Positions 54,316-64,000 of a stretch of DNA of 64,000 bases are shown here, one piece after another; positions within the stretch are counted from its first letter, which is position 1, and each line of letters begins with the position of its first letter. The notes under the pieces are model-generated. The model made no database searches and had not been told where the DNA came from. It worked only from the letters and a program-made list of their open reading frames with translations. Both the position numbers and the translations under genes were made by a program. The stretch covers positions 3,485,631-3,549,630 of the forward strand of contig OZ199840.1 in assembly GCA_964304625.1 (NCBI GenBank), written 5' to 3'. This stretch comes from Kudoa neothunni. Taxonomy: Eukaryota > Animalia > Cnidaria.

Positions 54316-57257
54316 TGGTTATTTTAAATCAAACTTTACAAGATCGAGACCGTACTATAAATCGGAAGTTGGAAATAGTTTTTAAAATTTTTATTTGCGG
54401 TTTTTAAAAAAATATAATTTATATTTAATTGTAAAATTTTTTTCTTCAAATATAATTTGTCCTGGTTTAAAAATATCTTAAATATTGGAAAAGTTGACAT
54501 TAATTTAAAAAAGTTGTACAATGAATATTGTTTTGTATTATTCTATAAAAATCTTTATTGTCATTATTTATAAGTTTATAATATATACATTTCCAGGAAA
54601 AATATATAAACTAAAATCCAATCCTCTGTACCTCTTTTTAAAATCTATAAATGTAATTAGTTACGAACTAATTTTGAAAGCGAAAGGTTGACGTCAAAAT
54701 TGTCGCGCATGTGCAAAGATTTGATCGATGCGTGCAGCATATTGATTATGTTGATTTGTTTTGCTTACAAATTAGATACAAAATAAATTTTCAATCGATT
54801 ATAACACCTACAAATAGGATTTTTATTTTATTTTTTTCTTTTAATTGCATGATAATGGTTGTTAAAAATTTTTAGAACATTCTAACTGTTTAAATCTTTA
54901 TAACTAACCATTTATACGTAATGTATTATCTGAAGAACGCAGAAAATACATTTGGCATCACAGGTTGAAATAATTTTTTAGCTAGATGAAAATCGAATTT
55001 CGGATTATATTGCTTTTCGCTAAATTAGCTAAAAGATTTAATAAATTAAGTTAAATTTTTTGAATTATTTGTTATACTTTTACTAAGCGAATGAAAACGT
55101 TCCAGAATTGTAACTGTTGCATATTATATATATTTGATTAATTTATCAAATTAAATTATATTATTTTAATTTTCTCTTCTGTGATTCCTTCCCATCAAGT
55201 TATACAGAATTTTTTAAAAGTAAAATTCGATCCTTATAAGGTATTTAAATACATAAAATAATTTTGTAATATCTTGATTATAATGCTGAAAATTAACTCC
55301 CCATAAAAAAATAAAGTGACTTAGTCATGCTATTTTTAAATATAGTTAGAGGTTTAAAATAACTAAATTTGGGTTATAATACAATAAGAGTGGTGTGTTT
55401 ATGATAAATTAATTTTCAAGTTAATTATATTGTTGGCTGAAACGTAATCTTGGCTCTACAGGAGGTAACCGATTTTTCGCACTTTTTATACGCGTGCCAC
55501 ACGGGAAAAGTAAAGTTTAACCCTACCAGTTTATACAACGATATTAATCTGTCCTCGTTTTGTTTAAATTATATTATTAAATAATATATTACATTCGGTT
55601 TACAATATAATTATGGACCCTTATGAACCCATCTAAATTATAGGATGTGCAAAAAATACCTTAAGAAAAAAAGAATTCTCGTCAATATGTTTACATTAAT
55701 TATTATTAATATGGATACACCTATTAAAATTAGAACCATTACGTTATTATAATTATCTTATTTCTCTTGGAGTAGAATACCTTCAGTGAATACGGGGAAA
55801 AACATGATAAAGTAGCCAGTAAATGTTTGTAAATAGTTGTATCCATGCGTAAGTCCGAATTTTCGTATAGCAATACGTACGATTATCAAAGATAACAAAA
55901 TTGATTATTAAAAAACAGTTTTAAGGAGAATGAGACGAATAATATACATACATTATACAAATTTGCCATCCAACTAAGGGAAAATTATTTCTTTCGCGTG
56001 CTCATCAGAGCAAAAATAGGATTAAAGATGGAAAAATGTGCGAAAAATCGGTTAACTACTCTACTGTATATAGCCAGAGGGCATAGAATAAGTGGAATAG
56101 AGGTATTCAAATTCTACTCCACTTCCAGTACCATAAAGTCAATTATAGAAAATGATAATGGTGACTTTTTAAGAACATCAATTAAATATCTTAAAATTTT
56201 TATTAATAAGCCCACATTGGGCATTTATAATTATGGTTAGAGTCGAACCATAATAAATGTGCCTTAAAATTAAGTCAGAAACAGTAACATTGATTTAGAA
56301 ATAATTTAATAACTAATATGTTCTCATAATTATCAATATGGGTAGATTAAAAACAGTTATTTAAGAATTTAATCTCAATAGATTAGTTGTTTTCGATATT
56401 TACACCAAATCCTTCATTTTTTCAACCATAGACTAGATATTAAGGCTAATTATGTCAAATTTTGCAGAAGAATTTTAACTTTACTAGAATTCGGAATCTT
56501 TTGGTTACAGTGAGTAAAGTATCTTTCCACTTAGCAGTTAAAAAACAAACAACTGGTTGAGATAAAAAATTTTAGCGTACCTGTTTCCATGTTTTTTCAT
56601 AATCAATGTCTAAAGACTGATTTTATATTATTACGCTATATAAAATATTCTTAGTATCAAATACGGGATTATATTGGTGTAAAAAAATGAATTTTCTCGT
56701 TTCATTTACCAATCATTAAATATTTTTGTATGAATCAATGTTAAAATGAAACTTTTAGTTGAAAGAAATACAAATTGAAAAGACTCAATTTTTAACGCTA
56801 TATGCCGTAGCTTTAGCTTTAAAATATCAGAATAATTGGCATTTCATCAACAGTTATTCTTCTATATATTTTTTTTAAATTCGATATTATGGATTAATAA
56901 ATAATAAACTTTCCAAAAATTTTTCTGAATTATAAAAATCTCTTCACATAATTAGATTTTAATGTCAACAAGTAAATAAAATAGATGTTTATAGATGAAG
57001 TGGAAATTGACTGAGATATAAAAAAATAAACTCTCATTGTGCATGCACATATTATTTGATGAGGTTTTGTATTATAGCGGTTGGAATTGAGTATTAAAAC
57101 CGAAATCTTAGGTCAGATTAGGTTAGATCGAATATATAACCCAGTTTGTGGAGTCTATTGACAAAAGGTGCCAAACTCACAGTTTGATGTCAAGGGAAAA
57201 ATAAAATACAAGTTTGCTAGGGGAATGGTCTGTTTCACACTATTGAAGAACTAATCA

Positions 57258-58067
57258 ATGGTGATGGTTGGACTAAGATTTCTATGTATTATCGGAATTT
57301 GTTTATTAGTTGAAGGTTTATAAACAGTTAAATTTGATTCGAAATGAATTGAATAAACATAAAGGTTTGCCATCTGCGCGAAAAGGAGCCAAAGGTAAGA
57401 GTTCAGTTGAGGGTGATTTATCGTCATCTGAAAATAACAAACTGACCAACGATCCAAACAACGATGATATAATGAAAGTTACAATGAAAAAATCTCAGAA
57501 AAAAACAGAGTAAACGAATATTTTTTATTTATAACTAATATATAGCTCAATTAGAAAGAAAGAAAATCCTGAGGTTGAGCAAAATGACAGTAAATCGGAA
57601 AATGAAAGTAATTTGAAAATCTGATATCTTATAAATGATTTTTAGATGGCGAAGAGAACATAATGTTAAAATCAGGTATTTATAATGATTGATAGCGAAG
57701 TTGATGATGACATTTAATTATTATTGAGTGGCCACTTCAAAAAATAAACGAAAAAACCCCCGATTCAAAAAACCTCCAAAAAAGGCGACCACCAAACGAC
57801 AACAAATTCAGTCTCAATTAAACAACACAATCAACTTTCAGATAGATGCACAAAATAATAACCAAACTAATGTACATTCCAATATACATTATAATATCAC
57901 TTTCAAAATATTTAAATTCGTAGAGTATCAATGATGGACCAGGAATAATTGATGTTTGGAGAAAAAACAGCTTCCAATCGGAAAATCAAACCAACTTATT
58001 ATCCAACGCTACCGCTAACACCATTCCTGCTGAATTGAAGAATATTTTCGAGAAAAATATTTTATGA
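57258..58067 (+). CDS. Hypothetical secreted low-complexity (K/N/Q-rich) protein, ~6 exons
   Basis: Signal peptide MVMVGLRFLCIIGICLLVEG; GT-AG introns join the exons in frame to ..ELKNIFEKNIL-stop (58065-58067). Confidence 0.6.
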
Positions 58068-58282
58068 TATAAATAATAAATGAAAACAGTTTACATTTGT
58101 GATATTTGAGAATGTGTGTCCTGTTTTTTTGCTTAAATTATCGTATTTTTTTAAAATCTATTGATCTAAGAAACTTTTCATACCTATATCAATGGTATCC
58201 AAGGCACGTTTGTTTATCGCAGGCCAAAAAGGAGATAGTCGGTCCTCAAAAATTAAAACACCCACTAAATTCGAGCCTTAAA

Positions 58283-60504
58283 ATGTCAGATGATAGTTCC
58301 GAGATAGATTCATCGAAAGCAAGTAATCTAAACAATACCAACTACACTGTTCATTTCTCTCACACACGAACTAATCGAATAATAGGGTGTGCTAAAGTCA
58401 AAGTTGCCATTTCACTTATAATCACAATTATTGTGGTTTCTCTTGCTATTATTTTTGCTTTGGTTATTAGTCTTTGTTGTTTGAGCGATGATTGGAAAAT
58501 TACACACGATTTTGAATACTCAGATGAGCCGCCATTCTACAAAAAGGGTGCAGTTGCCTCTGATCAAGTTTATTGTTCACGTTTGGGTAATTCGATTTTA
58601 TTAAACACAATATTCGTCTGTCCAATCTGACATAAACACACCTTTTATGTAATTTATCACAGGTCGAAGGATTCTCCAAAAAAATGGTAGCGCCGTTGAC
58701 GCCGCCATTGCCACTGCAATCTGCCTCGGTATAGTCAATATGCACAGTTCTGGTATAGGAGGCGGTGGTACAATGTTGGTATACACACCAAAACCTTCTT
58801 CGTTGGGCAACTATTCGATAGACTATTACGATTATCGAGAGACCGCCTCAAGAAAAGTCAATAGCTCTTTTCATCATTTTAAATCGCCTCAAATCAAAAT
58901 AGGTATGAATCAATATTTAGATTGACCTAAATTCTAAATAGTGAATTCTAGGTGCATTATCTATTTGTACTCCGGGAGAAATTCATGGTCTATACACAGC
59001 ATGGAAAGAACACGGAAATCTCCCTTGGAATGAGCTTATTGAGCCCTCACTGAAATTGCTCAAAATAGGAATGCCTATGCATAAAAGACTTCACGAAGCT
59101 GCAAACTACATGCTCAAATATATACTGAATGACGAAGGACTATCGTAAGCAGTTTCAATTTATATTTATCACAAAGATGGAATTTAAAAATAAATTTAAG
59201 AAAATTACTCCTCAAACCAGGAACCAACAAGACCTACAACCAAAACGAACATTTTACAAATGAAGCTCTCTTCCAAACAATGAATATCATAAAAGATGAC
59301 CCAATGTCATTCTACACTGGAAATCTATCGAAACAAATCGCAAAAGAAATCCAAAAAAACGGTGGTATTGTGGATGAGATAGATCTGCGAAACTACCGAA
59401 CCATCAAAAGAAATCCTACAGTGTATGATATCGACAGCGAGTTGAAATTGTTTTCAACTGGGCCGCCTTATTCTGGTGACTTGTTGGCGTTTGTTCTCAA
59501 CATTATCAAATCGTACAATATTACATCTTCTATGTTGGAAAATAATTCTCTACCTGCTGATGTTTATCATAAAATTGTGGAAACATTTAAATTTGCTTAC
59601 GCATTAAGAAAATACTATTCAGATCCTGATTACTCCACGATATCACTCAATGAGGTGATTCAATGATTAATTTATATTTCAATTATACGATAATTACATA
59701 TATAGTTGTACTCGGAAATATTAAGCAAAAATTTCACCCAACTTATCCTCAAAAATATCAACAATGTCACTCACCCATCCAATTACTACATGGGCACTGT
59801 CAATATAACAGTTGATCATGGCACCACTCACGTGTGTGTTGTTGCTGCAGACGGTTCCGTCGCAAGTCTCACAAACAGCATAAACATTTGGTAGATTGCA
59901 AGTTGTTTTCTAAAAATAATCTTAATCTAACTGCTAGGTTTGGATCAGGATTTCGCTCACCGAAACTTGGAATACTTTTCAATAATCATATGGACGATTT
60001 CTCTTACGATAACTACACCAATGCTTACAATCTAAGACCATCACCCTACAACGAGGTGGAACCAAATAAACGAAGTTTCTCATCGATGATCCCCACCATA
60101 ATAACAAAAAATGGCAAATTCTATGTGGTAGTAGGAGGTTCAGGTGGTACAAGAATTTTAACCTCAGTCGCTTCTGTAATTAAAAAAATTAACATTACAA
60201 GAAATAAATCGAATATAATCACTTTTAGGTGCTTATTTATAAATTATGGCTAAACGACTCACTGGACCAAGCCATAGAAAGACCTCGTGTCCATCACCAA
60301 CTTTTACCCAACGCCATTATAATTGATAGAATGTTTTCTCTACCCAACGATACAATCGCTCAACTGCATCACCAATACAAGCATCACATAGCCTTCACCT
60401 CAATTCCCGAATACTCTGCAGTACAGGCTATACTTCAAGATGGCAATGGAAATATCTACGCCAAAAGCGACCCTAGAAAATATGGTCAGGCTGTTGGGAT
60501 GTAG
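58283..60504 (+). CDS. GGT1: Gamma-glutamyltranspeptidase (glutathione hydrolase), type II membrane, multi-exon
   Basis: N-terminal TM; GAVASD..CSRLG, GSAVDAAIA, SSGIGGG, DYRETA, TPGEIHG, DHG-TTH autocleavage Thr, FGSG..LFNNHMDDFS, SSMIPT, GGSGG, PRVHHQL, SDPRKYG. Confidence 0.93.
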
Positions 60505-61450
60505 GTAGTTCACTCCAGGCAGATTGAATTTTAGAGATAGTTTTTATGTGTTTTTATCAATTCATTAATTTTTTATTAATTTTTCCCGCGAATATTATAA
60601 TCGTTGAATAAATATAATTTAACCGAATAAAATACTACAATTAATAATTCAAATGAATGAGACAACACAGAAAATAAGTTCAACTGAATAATACAAGACA
60701 AAATATAATTTAACTCAATTGTTCTTAACTTTTCTTTCTTGCTAACCCCCAATGTGTTTGATGGACTTATCGCAGAACCCATCATGTTTTAATGCATAAT
60801 CTAATCGTACATTTGAAAATTTTACCTCGTTCATTCCCGTTATTCATTTTAATGGAAAGATTAAAAAGATATAAAATTATTGTTAAGTTATTTATTTTTA
60901 AAAAAATAAAATTCAAATTGTATCTAAATATGAGATTAGATTAGTTAAATTAAAAAATATCGATGCAAAAGAAAATGCGGGGACTAAAGGGTTGTTAACT
61001 TAAATTAATTATCGAATGTCCCCAATTTTATTAAAATGTTCATTATGTAAATTAATTATGTAATGTTTTTTATACATAACATATATATATTACTAAACTT
61101 TTAATCACAAATACGGTAATTGTTTTTGGTATTAAAATAAAAAATTAAATAAAATTTGTTGAATTATTATATATACATATTAAATGTTTCAAAGTAAAAT
61201 CCATTAAATTTTTATCCGAAAAAGCTTTTATAATAATCAAAGTATTTTTTCTATATAAAATCTCTGTTCGCGTTAGTTACGATGCTTATTAAAATAGAGT
61301 TAACAAAGAAGAAATTATTGTATAATAGAATGCGAGATTATAGCAAAAACTATCTTTTCTATAAAATAATAGACATTAAATAATATTGATGATATTTTTG
61401 TAGTTTGTTTTGATCAGTTTGTTCACAGAATTTTGACATAGTATTTAAAA

Positions 61451-61629
61451 CAGGGATTCTTAACTGGGGGGGGGGGGGGGGGGGGGGGGCGGGGGGGGGG
61501 GTGCGAACTTTGGTCTCAGGTGGTGCGAGATCCGATCAAAATTGAAAATAATTTTTGAAAAAATTCGAAGTCAGTTACACCTTATCATATGCAAGGGGGT
61601 GCGAGTCCAGTTTTAATTAGAAATCGCTG
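61451..61629. mobile_element. 179-bp hAT (Buster-type) MITE with 8-bp TSD and internal poly-G
   Basis: TSD ATTTAAAA at 61443-61450 and 61630-61637; ends CAGGGATTCTTAA / TTAGAAATCGCTG; a related end CCCCAGATTAAGAATCGCTG finishes at 62067. Confidence 0.8.
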
Positions 61630-62204
61630 ATTTAAAAGAATAACGCGCATATGAGCGATTCGTGACTTTGGATTTATGGTAACAAGCATGGCGTTTAGTT
61701 TCGCAATATTGGGCTGTTGTAACAGGAGTAATCATTCTAATCGCATAATTTGCAACCTTCTATAAATATTTTTTAAAGTTTTTAGTTTTTATCAAATAAC
61801 CTATTGAATAATTTTTGCGTTTACAGATTGTTTTACAAAATAAATAATAACACAAGGAAATTTATAACAACAATAAATTTTTATAAGAAACAGTAACGCA
61901 AGGGTATATATCAAACTTTTAATAATTACACTAAAGTTAAAAAATACCTAATTGTAATGTATTTATGTATGTATGTTATGTATGACGATAAAAATTGGAT
62001 TCGGTTTTTATTGAAGTCACTAACGGACTCCCTTAGGGGCTCGTGAACCCCAGATTAAGAATCGCTGATTTAACTGGATAAAGAAGACAAAAACAGGTTT
62101 GTTGAATCATATCCAAATCAAATAGCAATATATAAATGAGCATTTATATAAAAAACAATATATTCAGTTCAAATGTAAGAAAAAATTATTTTTGAATTTC
62201 CTCT

Positions 62205-62691
62205 TCATTTTCGGGTTTTTATAATCACCACAAGATTGTTGCAATTAAGACGGTGAAGAAAATACCACTTGTTTTTCTGCAAATCGTATTCATGCTTGTT
62301 CTTCACAAATTCCATAAATGACAACACATCATGTATTTTAACGATGTTGGAGTCGCTGTAAAAAAAGAAATCTTGATTGTATTTCTCGAAAGCCGACAAA
62401 AAAGTTATTTTATCGCTGGTATCATTAAAAACCATTTGGGTGGCATCTGTAAAGCTGGTACCAAAAGCAATGTTATAAATATCCATCACACTCGATTTTA
62501 GTTCATCGTGCATGGATGAATGACACATCCGCAGCGAATTACATGTCATAGTGGGATTTTTAAAAATACATTGAGTTCTAACCAATCTAAATATATAATT
62601 ACGTTTCCTATGAACATAAAATATTATTATATTCAGCTCACATATTGCCTCTCTTTGTTAAATATTTAGTAATTAAACTACGGAGAACCAT
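62205..62691 (-). CDS. MRPL50: Mitochondrial ribosomal protein mL50-like, 2 exons
   Basis: Exon 62691-62642 (MVLRSLITKYLTKRGN, presequence-like) spliced in phase 2 to 62586-62205; ELKSSVMDIYNIAFGTS..FNDTSDKITFL..SNIVKIHDVLSFMEF..NNLVVI aligns by eye with mL50. Confidence 0.6.
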
Positions 62692-62771
62692 CGTTATTGA
62701 ATTTGCCTTGCCAAGCTCTGCCACGTGACCATATTAAATGACGGATCCCGGGCGTGATTTTTTATTTGAAA
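62692..62771. promoter_or_regulatory. Candidate 80-bp bidirectional promoter with E-box CACGTGAC
   Basis: Gap between divergent ATGs at 62691 and 62772; CCACGTGACC at 62721-62730. Confidence 0.45.
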
Positions 62772-63489
62772 ATGGATGCTGATAATCGATATCCGAATTT
62801 CGATGATGCAGTTGAGATCTTTGATAGCGTTAATAAAGAAAACGCGCCTAACCGATTTGTTAGAAAGTGGAAATCCCTCCACATCCGGTGCAACTAAATT
62901 GCTTCCCAATATTCTCTCGAAAGCGAAAACCAAACCATTACGACTGGATTTAGATTTGTATTTAAATCTAATCGGAAACAGTTTAAAATATTTTTCTAAA
63001 TATGAAGCTGTTCAGTTTGATCTTTTTAAATAATTGATGCGTGTAGAATTGGATCCACCCAAGGATTGACTGCTTTGAAAGACCTGCTCTCAACTTACCG
63101 TGTTAATAAAAAAGCATCCGCAGTATGATTTCTATTGCGAAGGATACATAATCTGATCGACTGACTTAGTGTGAAAATTTACAAATTTTAATGGATCAGA
63201 TAAAATTGTGGGCTCATCAAATGCACCCCAAAATCAAATTTGATGATGTGGTCGATAAATTGTTATATCTGTCTAGTAATAAAAAATTTCAAGTAAAATA
63301 GTTGAGTGGCTGAACTTATTTTTGAAGTTTTCACGTTAATATTGATTTTAGATGATTTGTAGAGAAAATTATACCGCACCCGACAGTCGTCAGTCAGAGG
63401 CGATATTTGATGAACAACCAAACACTAATGATCTCTCTGAAAATTTGAACTATCAAAATTACTCACCCGTACCACCCCCCACCCGCTGA
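62772..63489 (+). CDS. TIPIN: TIMELESS-interacting protein (Swi3/Csm3 domain), multi-exon
   Basis: KPLRLDLDL|IGSTQGLTALKDLL..|CENLQILMDQIKLWAHQMHPKIKFDDVVDKLLYLSSNKKFQ| matches the Swi3 core (WAH..PK..F.D). 5' splicing unresolved; the C-terminus may extend to 63617 if the C-run at ~63475 contains an indel. Confidence 0.8.
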
Positions 63490-64000
63490 TGATTGTAATT
63501 ATGGAAAATCTTTTGAATATGTTTGATGAGAGTGATCTTGAGGTAATCTACGTTCCAAAAATGTGCCAACTAATTTCCCCGCTATTTTAGGATCGAGATC
63601 TTGAAGACCAATTTTAACGCTAATTATTTATCAAATATTGGATATGTGCATACATTTTTTGATGTGTTTTTTTATTTTACCGTCAAACTTAATTAAAAAT
63701 TTCCGTTTATTACTTTGAATATCTACTCTTGAATGTCTTACGAAGATTGTCCTTATGATTAAGGGTGGTTAAATTATTTAATTTAATAATCGATTAAATA
63801 TAATTGCAATTATTACATAATTTTATAATTTAGCGTCATCGAAGTTCTTATATCTCTATATAAAGAAATTTAGAGTAGTTTTTTCGATCACGAATAAAAG
63901 TAAGACAAAAACTCATCATTTTTTTAAATATTATTAAAAATTTTAAATATAGAAAATTGAAGAAACAATTTTTTTAATTATTTTATTTAAACTATAATAG

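Noticed and set aside
62694-62933. 79-aa minus-strand ORF
   Set aside because: Overlaps TIPIN antisense and the intergenic promoter; the MRPL50-like gene is complete without it.
1-64000. Prokaryotic features (operons, CRISPR arrays, rRNA)
   Set aside because: Genes have spliceosomal introns; no regularly spaced direct repeats or rRNA-like sequence seen.

Overview
Eukaryotic (animal) genomic DNA, very AT-rich, with many tiny GT-AG introns (about 35-70 nt) and intergenic space full of decayed DNA transposons (piggyBac, pogo/Tigger, Tc1-like and hAT MITEs) plus one tRNA-headed SINE-like element. This profile, with highly diverged but recognisable housekeeping genes, suggests a compact parasitic animal genome such as a myxozoan cnidarian (inference only). 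Recognisable genes: Xaa-Pro aminopeptidase XPNPEP1 (with a 2.6-kb piggyBac in intron 3), ABHD17 depalmitoylase, a mitochondrial acetyl-CoA hydrolase/acetate:succinate CoA-transferase, gamma-glutamyltranspeptidase, and a head-to-head MRPL50-like/TIPIN pair. The standout is a 26-kb accessory island (about 10.0-36.1 kb) that the ORF track breaks into fragments. It holds a co-oriented minus-strand array of six small single-pass membrane genes. Five have a VWC-type Cys-rich ectodomain (C-x21-C-x2-C-x-C core, as in DGCR2/IDD), and five of the six have cytoplasmic PPxY motifs (1-4 copies). Embedded on the opposite strand is a Cys-decorated FN3-like repeat surface protein gene carrying frameshifts. 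All exon structures were assembled by eye and need transcript confirmation.
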